From NCBI GenBank assembly GCA_051313645.2, contig JBNRSN020000026.1:78306001-78370000 (forward strand): a stretch of 64,000 nucleotides of DNA, in the 5' to 3' direction. This document shows, in pieces, positions 1 to 12,605 of the stretch (position 1 is the first letter of the stretch; every line of letters starts with the position of its first letter). Both the position numbers and the translations under genes were made by a program. The notes under the pieces are model-generated. The model ran no database searches. It had not been told where the DNA came from and saw nothing but the letters and a program-made list of their open reading frames with translations. Source of the DNA: Centroscyllium fabricii. Taxonomy: Eukaryota.

Positions 1-11
1 ATCTATCTATC

Positions 12-512
12 NNNNNNNNNNNNNNNNNNNNNNNNNNNNNNNNNNNNNNNNNNNNNNNNNNNNNNNNNNNNNNNNNNNNNNNNNNNNNNNNNNNNNNNNN
101 NNNNNNNNNNNNNNNNNNNNNNNNNNNNNNNNNNNNNNNNNNNNNNNNNNNNNNNNNNNNNNNNNNNNNNNNNNNNNNNNNNNNNNNNNNNNNNNNNNNN
201 NNNNNNNNNNNNNNNNNNNNNNNNNNNNNNNNNNNNNNNNNNNNNNNNNNNNNNNNNNNNNNNNNNNNNNNNNNNNNNNNNNNNNNNNNNNNNNNNNNNN
301 NNNNNNNNNNNNNNNNNNNNNNNNNNNNNNNNNNNNNNNNNNNNNNNNNNNNNNNNNNNNNNNNNNNNNNNNNNNNNNNNNNNNNNNNNNNNNNNNNNNN
401 NNNNNNNNNNNNNNNNNNNNNNNNNNNNNNNNNNNNNNNNNNNNNNNNNNNNNNNNNNNNNNNNNNNNNNNNNNNNNNNNNNNNNNNNNNNNNNNNNNNN
501 NNNNNNNNNNNN
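12..512. other. Assembly gap (N run)
   Basis: Continuous Ns, preceded by (ATCT)n. Confidence 0.99.
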
Positions 513-575
513 TCAATTCAATTCAAATAGCTTTATTGGCATGAATGGTATCAACCGTTGTTGCCAAAGCATTGT
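513..575 (-). mobile_element. 3' end of a non-LTR retrotransposon (Rex1/Babar- or CR1/L2-like) with (TTGAA)n tail
   Basis: Minus strand reads TGCTTTGGCAACAAC...CATGCCAATAAAGC followed by TTGAATTGAATTGA, a typical fish LINE terminus; lies between two gaps. Confidence 0.55.
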
Positions 576-612
576 AACATAAATAATACATTAGTGGAGC
601 ATTGTAACATAC

Positions 613-755
613 NNNNNNNNNNNNNNNNNNNNNNNNNNNNNNNNNNNNNNNNNNNNNNNNNNNNNNNNNNNNNNNNNNNNNNNNNNNNNNNNNNNNNNNN
701 NNNNNNNNNNNNNNNNNNNNNNNNNNNNNNNNNNNNNNNNNNNNNNNNNNNNNNN
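613..755. other. Assembly gap (N run)
   Basis: Continuous Ns. Confidence 0.99.
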
Positions 756-1484
756 TACACACGTACATTATAGATGAGAATTGTAAGATGACTGGAATAA
801 ATTAATGCAGACATCTATCTGCTACACGTTACATCCATACATGTAAACATATATTGCAAAAAGGCTTTGACAACCACAATTTAAAAACGAAGGGAAGTAT
901 TACTGAATCAATTATAAAATTTGCCATGAGGAATTTACATCCAAACAACTAATAGGGACATTTTAATGAAATGTATTTAACTTGCAGACAATTGCATGCT
1001 AAACAAAATACCTTTAAAAGTTATATGTATATATATAAATCTCTGATAATAAGATACATATTTCACCATACTGGAAAGAAAAGCTGATCAATGGAATCGG
1101 GTGTTCAGGGTAGATGCCATTTCTGGCAATGCAACAAGGGATAATTAGATGGGAGGAAGGAATGCTCGCCACCTTAAAAGCCTGCTCTTTAAGCTGGTTC
1201 GGTGGAAGGGCTGCCATATTAAAAATAAATCTATGTTTAGATGCTTTAACACCTTCTTATCAATGAATGGGGTTACGCGGCCGTTTGAAATTGCTTTTAC
1301 TGGACTAGATGGAAATAATTACAGTATCAGCATGCCGTACATTAGGACTAATATAATATCAATTATTTTCACTTCAATATATGTTTTACAAACACAAGAG
1401 ACACAATCGCATACAAAGAGAAAGCAGGAATGAGCCTTGCATGGTGAAGGAGGAGGAGTTTGGAAGGTGTCTGTCATTATCGGA

Positions 1485-1675
1485 AATTCAGTGTGGTGCG
1501 CTGCAATAAAATAATATGACCGTTGTAAAAGTTTATAGGGTATAAATTTCTGAAGGTTAAGAATTGAACGTCTGTAAAACAAACACAGCAAAGGGGAAAC
1601 TTTCAGGACCTATTAAATTAAACTCACAATTGGAGGTGGCAAGTAATAAAAATATGGCTTTGTGTTTTATTTCTG
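1485..1675. promoter_or_regulatory. Candidate Cdx/posterior-Hox site cluster (enhancer-like element upstream of Hoxb8)
   Basis: Dense GCAATAAAA, GTTTATAG, GTATAAAT, GTAATAAAA and TTTTATT motifs within 190 bp. Confidence 0.45.
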
Positions 1676-2252
1676 AGGGGTAATATATAGGAACTGGATC
1701 TTTTTACAGGGAAATTCACGGTGAATATTGTGGTGTAACCAACATGCCTTTTAGACTCTGAAGCAAGCGACGCCCTCTTTTGTTTTACTTCCTAACCATC
1801 TCAGGCTGCCAGAAATTACTGCAATAAAAAGCTATACAGAATCTGGCGAGACGTCTGGAACAGGGCCTTTGGATGTGTTTACAACCCCGCGCCCATGCAT
1901 GGGACTTTATTCTAAAGCAGAATGCCCAATTGTTTAGTCTCGAAGGTGGAGACAATAGAGTTCTGAAAGCTTTCTTTCCCTCCCTGTTTTCCTGTTTCTT
2001 CCTCTTCTCTACTGCCCATTAGGAATTTAGGTTGTTAGCAATCCGCTCGAGCACTGCACTACGGATGTGGTTTATTGGGACTGTCTACGATTGTATTTGA
2101 CGACGTAATTGAAGAGCTTGAACATTCTTCCTTCGCCGCGGTTTGGGTCTAATGAATTCTTTATAGTCAAGATTTTATAGCTCTATTGCGCATATTTGCT
2201 AATGCTTTTTCACCCCGTGTTTTTTTAAAGTCCAGAATACTTCTCCTTGACT

Positions 2253-2266
2253 CCAGTAGGTGGCAG
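2253..2266 (+). promoter_or_regulatory. CTCF site (Hox 8|9 interval)
   Basis: CCAGTAGGTGGCAG matches the CTCF core CCASYAGRKGGCRS. Confidence 0.75.
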
Positions 2267-5200
2267 CATTGTTCCACCAAACTCAGTCATGGACTTCACC
2301 GGACCTCAGTCCAAGGACCCGGGATTCAGTAGATTTAACACACACATAAAAAGCATACAGCCCCTGCCTCGATTCTCCCCTGCCATTTTTGCTCCATCCA
2401 GTCGCGCAATATTTTAAAAAATAAAATATTTAAATACGCTTACTAAAACTTTTCCCCCATCAGCTATTTTGCGCAGTATAGGTAAAATGTCACTAAAGCA
2501 CATCTGAAATGTATCTTCATTACAAATGTGTTCATCTGCGCCACGTTTTATGCAGGTTTATTTCATTTCAGAGTGCTTCATCAACCTGAAAAAAACACAG
2601 AAAAAAAATAAGTTCGTCCATGTACGACAAGATAGTGCACAGTATGAGGCTGAAGTCAATAAATAAAAGGAGACGGTTCCATTATAGCGAAATCACGAGG
2701 TTTGCTACACTTGGGGAAATATATAAAATGTTAAGGATTCAAACTTTTAAATATGCGTTCGCACAGCTAATTACCTAACAACCCGTGTGTTTGACTTGCA
2801 GCTGGCTGTGCTAAAACGATGCATGTATTTGGGAAAGTAATTTGCTATAGTTCTGTAAAGCCATACGTTACGTCGAAAGATGTTATAAGTGTACATTTTC
2901 ATTTCTGGATGCTCAGCTTCCAAATGAACTTTCAACCCCGTTACATTTCTCACGTCCCAGTGCACACACTTTTAGATTCAATCTGCCCTAGACAGTTGTA
3001 CATATATTGATTATTGTTTGTGTGACTGTCTTCCTTTCAACAAACCATATACCACACATTTTCAGTGTAATGGCCATCGGCTTGGACATTTCCTCTAGAC
3101 TTGTTTCCAGACCTTGCTGATTTATTCTTTCTCAGACTTTATTGATTTCGTATTTCTCTGTTGCACGATTTTAGAAGATGCACAGTTTAGGTAACCACCC
3201 CTCTAACTGTCTGCCCCTGTATTTCAATCAAACTGCAGTCCTGTTTTACATATAACAGAAAGGGATGTGTTTAACAGCCCCCGTGCAATAGGACTTGCAC
3301 AGAACAGAACTGACTGCAACATTATTATCTAAAAGCAAAACTGGAATTCCGTCCAAGATAAAGGCAAGACTATACTTCAATTAGGATTGTTCATTCACTG
3401 CTTCTGTCCCTGTTTCTGTCTCGGTTTCTTTTTTCGTTTCTGAATTTCTCTGTCTCATTTTCCTGCACTATCATATTTTTCTTATAGATAACACGTTGTA
3501 TATAATTGCAGTAAAAGCAGAATATCGCACACGGACGCCGAATGCAAGCATTTTTTTGTGATACATTTTTTTTACTCTTTAAAGTCGTCACATGATTCTC
3601 CCACGAACTGCAGACATAGAATGAGGTCTCTATAAACAGGATTACCATTTTGCAATTGGAATCCCACTGTATTGTACCTCATGTGTATGCGAATGCTTGT
3701 TTGTGTCTATGTATATGTGTGTGTGTGTGTGGGGGGGGGGGGGGGTTACTTACCTCTCTGTTTCCACTTCGTGCGTGTATATATAGTATATTAGTTAGGA
3801 ACATAACACGCATGAGGTTTTAAATTTCAAGTTTGCAAAGTTTGGTAATTCTTTCACTTTTCTGCAAGATACCAGCTTTCTATTAATTTCTGATTCCAGT
3901 GCTCTGCTGTGCATCTGCTAAAAGTATCTACAATATCTCAACTGATTAAGGAGGCAGAGGTTTACATACAAAAACACATGCATCATTCTTTCGTTACTCC
4001 ATCTTCTATAGCCGGCAACAGAATTACACATGGATGGAAAATGAAATTAAAGATCCAGCACCAACACCTCCTAGAACATTCTGTCTCGCCGTGATGCTGC
4101 ATATTTATCAAAAGACTAAAGTTGTGCCGAAGTGCGGGAAACCTACTTCAGCTGCATGCATATAATGTCTTCAGAAACACATGTAACCCCATCGGTAAAC
4201 AGACTAAGTAGAAGTAAGTTTATTTTCTGAATAGATTTGGAATTCCATCTCCTCAGTATTTGCAAGTGTAATTGTGTCTGTGTGCAGGATAGGTGTATGG
4301 GACATCAAAGTACGCACACACGTGAATATATATATGTGTGTGTGTGTGTATAGAGCGAGTAGGAGAGATTTATTAATGGAGATTTTCAAATGAAATTCAC
4401 AATATGCTTTTATAGCTAAACTTAGGAAATATATATTAATACTTTCTAACAAAATTGAATTACATCCATAAAATGATGGACGTTGCTGATAAAGGGATTA
4501 CACACATTAAAAGCACAAGGAAGCATAAAGACCAATATTAAATAAACAGACCAGAGCCAACTAAAGCACGTCACGGCCGCAATACCCAATAAAACAACCA
4601 CGTGGGTCCTCACGGGCCGGACACTTGGCAAGTTGTAGATTTTATCTTTTTTGCCGTCAGAAATCATTTTTCTAAAAGCCTCAAAAAGTCTTTAGATAAT
4701 TAACCAGTTAGAATAACAAGTAGCGAGATGATCGCGTTTTGACAAGGTATTTTTTGTGTGCGAACTTCGCGGTGTTAATAAGTATCTGGTTGGTCTATGG
4801 TGCAGTTATATTGCATTCCTAAAACATCTTTATGTCACTTTAAATCCTAGTATTTGTTCCGTTATATTTAACATTATTTCCGGTAAATTCGAGCCAAATT
4901 TAAGCTGAATTTAATCAGCTATAAGCGATTGTATGGACCATTACTAAAAACGAAAGTAAAAGTTAATCTAACTATCGGAAAGTTGTCCTGTAATCTTAAG
5001 GATAAAAATAAAGTCATATTGAATGATTCTAATCTTGAGTCAGAGAAGCCCCATGTACGAGTGCTCGGAGAGGAGAAACTTTGAAGAGGAACCTTTCAAT
5101 GAATGATTACACCATTAGGCTTAATTCAATCCCATTCCTGACACATTTATTTGTTCCGAAGGCTCATAATATTTACACAAAAAACAGATAATTCATACAC

Positions 5201-7200
5201 AAGAACGTTCGCAGAATCGAATCATTTTTGAAAGTTGCTAATGCTTCACACGCTCTACGCTTTTTGAAATGCCTGCCAACATAGTTTCATCACAGCATCC
5301 TTATTCGGGGTTGTTTGATCAGTTGGTTACATTTCATTTGCAATAAGTTAACAACATTTTCTTATTTTCATTATCTTGCTTCACTCAGTAACTTTGGACA
5401 GACGATGGTACTTTCACAACACCGGTGCGTTCCGTTTCTCGCCATCTGACTTATCCCTTAATATTACAGAATAGAATGGAAACCTGCAGCCCAAGAATCA
5501 TCAGTTTTTCTGCAACACTCACTTATTGAGAAATTATATTGCAGAACATTTGTTTATATATTATAGAGAGAGAGCCGGAGAGTGATGCATAGCTAAATAA
5601 ACAGATTGCTAGGCAGAGACTGAAAGATATAAAGATGCATACTAATTATATGAATATGTAAAGTTTCAATATTGTTATATATTGCGTGTGCTGATTGTGA
5701 TAGTAGCTGGATAGTCATTTATTGGCACAGCTACTCGAAGGTTTCATTTACACCTTGCATCCAAACAAGTTCTGTTTTAACTAACTTTTAAACTGTTATC
5801 AGGGCATAGACTCAGTTGATTTGGACCAGACTTAGGTTTATACATGGGCATTCCGTGTGCTAACGCAAAATAAGCCATTTGCAAATAATTGAAATGTATG
5901 ATTAGATTTAGTATGCTTCGGGAGATCTCTCAAGGTGGGACAGATCGATTGTAACTTATTGTTGACTTCTTCACAAAATCAGAGTACCAGATCCGTTGTA
6001 TAGGGAAGGGGTTCGGCATTGCAATACTGGGCTCCATGTTAGCTGGCGATAGGGAACTAGCTTGCTTTCAATTGTCAAAAATAAACCATAACACTTAAAA
6101 ATAACACAGGGTCACTATAATTCATGATTATGGCGTTCCGTTAGTGTGTTAATACTAAATGATCAGTTTGAAAATATGAGCCAGAATTACACCTTCCCTC
6201 AAGTTTACCCCCGATTTTAGAATGTAATGTCAACTCGTTGTAATTAATTTCAAGTATACACATGCACACAAATATATATCAAATCTACATAGCATTTTAT
6301 GATAAAAAAGGAAATGGATTCGAAGCAAGTTCACGCTCGCCTTTAGTGACCTTTCTGCTTTCCTGAATAAACCGTTTATTTGGAATCACTGAACTCGCTT
6401 TCTGTAAGAAACCTTTGCGTCTGGGTGGGAAACGAAAACTATCTTAACGAGCTCAAATTTGCGGTGTAACTTGTCACCCAATAACAAACAGTCCGTAATT
6501 TAAAAAAAATTATTAAGTGCTGCAGCTTTGTAGAAAAAACAAAATTGTTTCGTGTTTAAAAATAGTGAGCATGAATAGAGCGTCCACTTCAACCAACCTG
6601 TGTTTTACTACTCCGCACAGAGCGTCTCGTAAAAACACTAACTGCCGTTCACTGCATGTTATAAACAATAACAGGCTGTGCTTTTATTGCGCTTTATAGT
6701 TCCTTAATCTCTTTCCTATAGTTCTCAGATGACTGTTACTGTTCCAGGGTCCGTCCAAGCACCAGATAAAAGGCTTTATTAATAATAGGAAAACGGATCA
6801 TTAAATTGTTAAATACCAATAGGTTCCCCTATTCCTTAAGATAAAACAAATTTTTTAATAAATTATCTCAAATAATTCGCCTTTGAGTGTTGCTGGACAT
6901 GTCGCGGCGTTGCAATAACCTGAGAGGAAAAATAGCAATTAGACCCAAAGTTGATGGTAATTAGATTTCAGGTTTGCTACTGTACTTCCTCATCTTGTTG
7001 ATGTAACTCTGACCTTTAAAAGAGTCGCATATTCTCATTAAATGGTTTGGAAATTAACGTCTGGCTGTCTACCCTTTACTTCACAGCAGCATGGATACTT
7101 CCCCTTATCAATCTTTGGGTGGCGTATGTATTTCAGCCGTTGTAAAGCGGCTGATATCTCGGTAATGAACATGGTTGAATATATTAATCCGCATATTCCC

Positions 7201-7280
7201 CCCTCTCTGTCTTTCCCTCATTCCCTCTCTCTCTCTCTCTCACCATTCCCTCTCTCTCTCTCTCTCTCTCACCATTCCCT
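7201..7280. repeat. CT-rich repeat with duplicated CACCATTCCC unit
   Basis: (CT)n interrupted twice by caccattccc, upstream of Hoxb8. Confidence 0.9.
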
Positions 7281-7584
7281 TTTCACGCGGTGCAGTGTCC
7301 GTACGGAGTAAGCGAAGCCAATAGGATGTGGTTGAGGTAATAAATGCAAATTATCATGAAAAGAGACGGCAAAATATGAAACAACTCATTTGTGCTGAGG
7401 TAAATCACAGAAAACTGTTTATGAGTGAACCTCCTGACGAAGATGTGATGCCAGGACATTGTATGTTCAGATCAATAAGATGAAAGCTTAGTCTTTAAAA
7501 AAAAAAAATTCTTGGCTTGTTTGTTTGTGTGAATACCAAACACTAAGTTCCCTCGGTTGAGCAGAACGCTCATAGTCCTTCCCA

Positions 7585-8011
7585 ATGAGCTCCTACTTTG
7601 TGAATTCGCTTTTTTCCAAGTATAAAAGTGGGGAGACTCTGCGCCCCAATTATTATGACTGTGGGTTCACCCAGGAGCTGGGCGGCAGACCCACCGTGGT
7701 TTATGGACCCGGGACCGGCAGCAGTTTCCAACATCCCAGCCAGATCCAGGATTTCTACCACCACAGCGCGGCCACTCTCTCCACCTCGGCGTATCAACAG
7801 AATCCATGTGCGGTGACGTGTCACGGGGATGCGAGCAGCTTCTACAGCTACGATGCCCTGCAAAGGCAGCCTATTTTCACCGCCCAACAGGAGGCCGAGC
7901 TGGTCCAATATCCCGACTGCAAGTCGACGGCGAACAGCCTGGGAGAAGAAGCAGAGAATTCAGAACAGAGCTCCTCACCGACACAGCTCTTCCCGTGGAT
8001 GAGACCGCAAG
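7585..8011 (+). CDS. hoxb8: Homeobox protein Hox-B8, exon 1
   Basis: [26 protein letters not shown] start; LFPWMRPQ hexapeptide; donor G|GTGAG at 8012. Confidence 0.96.
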
Positions 8012-8109
8012 GTGAGCCTTTGACAGGAGCCAGCAAGAAATAAAGAAACAGAAGGAAAGCGATTAAAACACACACATTTTAAAAAAAAACACAGAGAGGT
8101 TCATTTCCT

Positions 8110-8260
8110 GAGCCAATAAAGGCGATGCTGAAACTTTAGTGTTTTACGATTCTAAACTTCAACACTTGTAAAATACTTTACACTTTAATGATCCTGAAGG
8201 CGGGTTTTTAAGTGTGGTATATATCTTGCTGTTTGTAGTTTTATTGCAGTTTTATGGCGT
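8110..8260. promoter_or_regulatory. Hoxb8 intronic homeodomain (Cdx/Abd-B class) site cluster
   Basis: CCAATAAA, TTTTACGA, TTTTATTG and TTTTATGG within 150 bp. Confidence 0.5.
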
Positions 8261-8363
8261 ATTTTCTTCCTACGGTGTTGACTAATGTTTAATAGTGTTT
8301 GGATCCTGTTTTAGAACCCCTGGTATAACAGCGACAAAGCCTCCATGAGCTCACTCTCTTGTT

Positions 8364-8407
8364 TCTCTCTCTCTTTCTCTCTTTCTCTCTCTCTCTCTCT
8401 ATCTCTC
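8364..8407. repeat. (CT)n microsatellite forming the Hoxb8 polypyrimidine tract
   Basis: Direct reading. Confidence 0.9.
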
Positions 8408-8430
8408 CCCCCTCCGCCTCTGTTTACTAG

Positions 8431-8714
8431 TAGCTGCAGGAAGACGCAGAGGAAGGCAAACGTACAGTCGCTATCAAACACTAGAACTTGAAAAAGAATT
8501 TTTGTTCAATCCATATCTGACTCGCAAACGGCGGATCGAAGTGTCACACGCACTGGGACTGACCGAGAGGCAGGTCAAAATCTGGTTCCAGAACAGAAGG
8601 ATGAAATGGAAGAAAGAAAATAATAAAGATAAGTTTCCCAGCAGTAAGTCCGAAATAGAAGAGACTCCAAAGGAGAAGGACGCGAAAGAGGAAGAAGAGG
8701 AGGGAAAAGATTAA
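8431..8714 (+). CDS. hoxb8: Homeobox protein Hox-B8, exon 2 (homeodomain)
   Basis: (V)[72 protein letters not shown]; stop TAA at 8712-8714; start may be 8431, 8434 or 8440. Confidence 0.95.
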
Positions 8715-9085
8715 TAGTAATATTAATAATAAAAATAATAATTTAAACAGAATAAAACGCTAACACGACGGGGAATGAATAGAGCAATTTAGACGGTTTT
8801 TAAATAGTGCGGGTGTGGGAGGCAGAACACATTTTACTGAGTATTGTTTGATACAACATATTGTACGGAAATGAATGGAGGTGTAGATTAAAAGGAACAT
8901 TTCAACTTTTTACCAGATATATACGTGTTATGTAACATTCTAGCTATTTTAAGTGGGTTCGTGTAAAAGTATTTGATGTGAAGTCCATAGAACAATGTAT
9001 TAGTGTGTGTGTGTTGAAATCCTGCTGTAGAACATTGAAGCCGTGTGCACTACTTCAGCTAATGACCATTAGCTTCCAGAAAGAT

Positions 9086-9107
9086 CCTGACAACATGAAG
9101 CTGCCTA
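9086..9107 (+). promoter_or_regulatory. miR-196 extensively complementary target site in Hoxb8 3'UTR
   Basis: CCTGACAACATGAAGCTGCCTA pairs over all 22 nt with miR-196a UAGGUAGUUUCAUGUUGUUGGG (4 G:U pairs). Confidence 0.9.
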
Positions 9108-9860
9108 TTTAAGCTTAAGCTGTTTTAGAACGTGTTCTTGTTTTACCTCTATGTTGTATTTATAAGATTGTTTTCTCCAGTTGGCATGTGCAGAAGTAAA
9201 GGCTGTTTTTTTTTTACAAAACAAGAAGAAAGTGATCTTTAACTTTTAACTGTGAGGAAAAGTCTACTGTATGCGTGAATTGCTTTTATTGGGGAGGTGG
9301 GGGGGGGACCGGTGATGCATTATTGTTAAACACCAGATTGGCCTCTATTGTTTCAACATGCAGGCGGCGGAAAAGGGTAACAATAAACTTTGCAAGCGAA
9401 AACAGAACTGTGAAATTGCTCGGCTTTTTTTTTTATAGAATTTATTTGAATGAAAAGGTTTGGCAAAAAAAAAAGAAACTGCACACATTGCGTCGAGTAC
9501 GAGATGGACAAATGCACAGAGAGTTAGACAGTTAATGTTGTTGAAAAGTGAGCATTAAAATATCAGTAACACATAGCCTTGGCACCTGACTCAATTTGTC
9601 GTTGTGACCTTTTTATTAGCGGCCTGTTTATGTTTGCAGTTCACTTGACTCATTTGCACTCATAATTCCTCCCTCCCCGCCGCCCCCCACCCCCGCCCCC
9701 GCCCCTGTAAAAGAGAGGACAAGTGAAACTTCGCTCTGAAATACCTGTGGCCAATATTAAGGGTAGATATCTGGTTTTGTTTGCTTGTGTGAAAACTAAT
9801 GTTGTAGTTTTTGCAAAATAACAGATTCTGAAATCTCTCCTCTGGCCAGTGACCGATATT

Positions 9861-9968
9861 AAAGAAAGACCTGCATTTCTACAGCGCCTGTCACAACCAC
9901 CGGGCGTCTCAACGCGCTTTACCGCCAATGCAGCACCTTTGGGGTGTAGTCACTGTTGTAATGTGGGA
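9861..9968 (-). mobile_element. Truncated DeuSINE-type (SacSINE1/AmnSINE1-like) or L2 3' tail, diverged copy
   Basis: aaagaaagacctgcattt...gcgcttt...gccaatg...gtgtagtcactgttgtaatgt is colinear with the copy at 33056-33168 and with the recalled DeuSINE tail. Confidence 0.75.
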
Positions 9969-10267
9969 GAATTAAGAATTAAGAATTAAGGTAGAAATCG
10001 ATTCGAAGAACTTGTTAGAACGCAACCGAGTCCCCAAAAAAAGCTGTTTTGAAAAATGCGTTTCCCAATGTAAGCTACAGAAAGCCAATCGATTTATTTT
10101 TTAAACCCCCATCTAAAACTTCGAGCCACCCAGCCTAGAACCTGAAGTCGCATCCTATTCACCTGCTATTTAAAGTTAAGCCACAATATTACTTGGATGC
10201 AGGAATTTTGCTTTTGATGAGAGAAATGTTTCCATCATCCAAGGAAGCAGCGGGTAGCCTGGCTCTC

Positions 10268-10301
10268 ATTGGTCGGCCGTGTCACGTGCCGATATCACGT
10301 G
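10268..10301 (+). promoter_or_regulatory. Hoxb7 promoter: NF-Y box plus two CACGTG E-boxes
   Basis: ATTGG-N10-CACGTG, then a second CACGTG, about 130 bp upstream of the ATG. Confidence 0.7.
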
Positions 10302-10421
10302 CCTCGGGAGGAAAAAGGGGGTTCTTCCAGTGTAAATCTGGACTCTTAATTCCGTAATATATCACCGTACCTCGTAAAACCGACACTGAAACGTCCCGGC
10401 CTACAAATCACCGGCCAAATT

Positions 10422-10821
10422 ATGAGTTCATTGTATTATGCGAATGCTTTATTTTCGAAATATACAGCCGGAACTTCAGTTTTTCCAACCGGGGTATTTT
10501 CCGAACCAACTTCTTGCGCTTTCGCCTCCAACTCCCAGCGGCCGGGCTATGGCTCAGGGTCGGCTTCGTACGCAGCCACTGTGCCGGCTTTGTACACCAC
10601 AGCTAACAGCCTCCACCACCAGAGCCCGACCATGTACACGTCTCCTTACGGCCTCAACGCCAACTCCTTTAACATGCACTGTTCATCCTTCGATCACAAC
10701 ATCTCATCAATGATGTGCGGCGCGGGGGACTCCTGCAAGCAGAGTTGTAGCAAGTCGGAGCAAAGAGAGGCAGACCCCCAGTCCGAGAACTTCCGGATCT
10801 ACCCTTGGATGAAGAGCTCAG
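10422..10821 (+). CDS. hoxb7: Homeobox protein Hox-B7, exon 1
   Basis: [14 protein letters not shown] start (Hoxb7-type); [11 protein letters not shown] hexapeptide; donor G|GTATGT at 10822. Confidence 0.96.
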
Positions 10822-10867
10822 GTATGTGAAAAGTCACAGAAGATGAAACCTCTTAGAGGGACCGTGA

Positions 10868-10990
10868 ATTACTTTATTGCATTATGGTGCCCTGTTCATT
10901 TATGACGTTCACCGAAGCAGGGGTATAAAATGCAATGTGCTCCCCCCATAAGCAATCAAGTCGCTGAATTGGATGTGTAATAGCTGCTTG
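10868..10990. promoter_or_regulatory. Hox7 intron homeodomain-site element (HB1-like)
   Basis: TTTATTG, CATTATGG, ATTTATGA and GTATAAAA just 3' of the donor, where Hox7 introns carry a conserved element. Confidence 0.45.
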
Positions 10991-12163
10991 TGAAAAAAAA
11001 TTCAAAGCCACCTTAAAATAAAACAGGAAATAGTGGGCTGCAAAGTTGTGCATTAAAGGGTAAATATATTTGCACACTTCAAAGGAACGTTTATTCTTGT
11101 CCTCGTAAATTTTCACCAATCTGTGCTCTTAATTTCCCAAAAAAACAATGATCCCGGATAATCCCTTGAGACTTAATTGGCCTCTTTTTTTAAACCTTTT
11201 TCTGTTTATTTCCATTAAATCCTGTTGCAATTCCGCTTCGGTTCAAAGTTTCTCTCTGTGTTTCTGAGTTGCATCGCGTTATTGGGTGTTGTGGCTGCGG
11301 CTGGAACGGGAGGGGGGCGAAAGGGGGTGGGGGCGGTTGGTGAATGTAGCGGCATACAGCAGGGATGGCAAGAAGATGACAAATGGAGCCTACAAAAAGT
11401 GCGCAAAACTAGCATTAAATATTTAAAAAGATATTTCAGTTCAGTTGGAATTACCTCAATGCGCAGTCTATCGTTGCTTTGGCCCCAGTCAAACCAATGC
11501 GGCAGTTTGTGCTTGTGCAGCATGTAAGGTTAGGAGGTGGGGGGGGGGGGGGTGAGCCCTCAGCACCATTACCCCATTTTAGCAGCTCTTTCCAGCCAGC
11601 CAGGCGAGAGGGCTGTTTCTCTGCCTATTCCACATTTGTTGTATTTCCTCCCGTATGTTGAAGAATTGCAAAGCTGACGACCCAGTACTGAATTTGGAGA
11701 TTGGTGCTTCCCAGCAGAGCCGGGTAGACAAAGTGCACCACAGTGTTATGCTCTGAAACACATCGCAGTATCCATTTTCTAGCTACCTGTCAGTTTCAGG
11801 TTACATAACGTTAATTCACCAAAATCCAGAGAGGATGTAGGAGAAAGATCATCCATCAATAGATTACAGTTGTTAAACTAACGCAAATATCCTTCTTTAA
11901 AAATAATAGCAAAATAGAAAATTAATATGTTTTGAGTCTCATTATATGACTGGTTTCAAGCCTGCAAATGCTGTGTAAACAGTTTAAATACTTCCACATA
12001 CAGAGATATCCTTCGTCCTTCTTTATAAAGCATTAATACAAACTTTATATTGATTGTAATCAGTTAGTTTCCGACATGAATTTATTATATCTGCCAAGGA
12101 GATATTCGGAATAAAATGTTAAAATTAGTGGCAATGGTGAACTGTAGGAAAGGGTAATGCTGA

Positions 12164-12493
<330 letters not shown>

Positions 12494-12597
12494 GAAAAAA
12501 ATAAACTTCTAAAAACTTAAAAAAGAGGCATAAACTTAAATGACTTTTTTAACAAATGGAACGATTTGTTCCTCATTTCTTAACACTGAAACAGAAT

Positions 12598-12605
12598 ACT
12601 ACCTA
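12598..12605 (+). promoter_or_regulatory. miR-196 8mer seed site in Hoxb7 3'UTR
   Basis: ACTACCTA = match to seed nt 2-8 plus A1. Confidence 0.75.

Noticed and set aside
7-814. ORFs made of X residues
   Set aside because: Artefacts of N gaps
11215-11527. Overlapping ~100-aa ORFs on both strands in the Hoxb7 intron, one with a signal-peptide-like start
   Set aside because: Non-ATG start, low-complexity G-rich sequence, no recognisable domain
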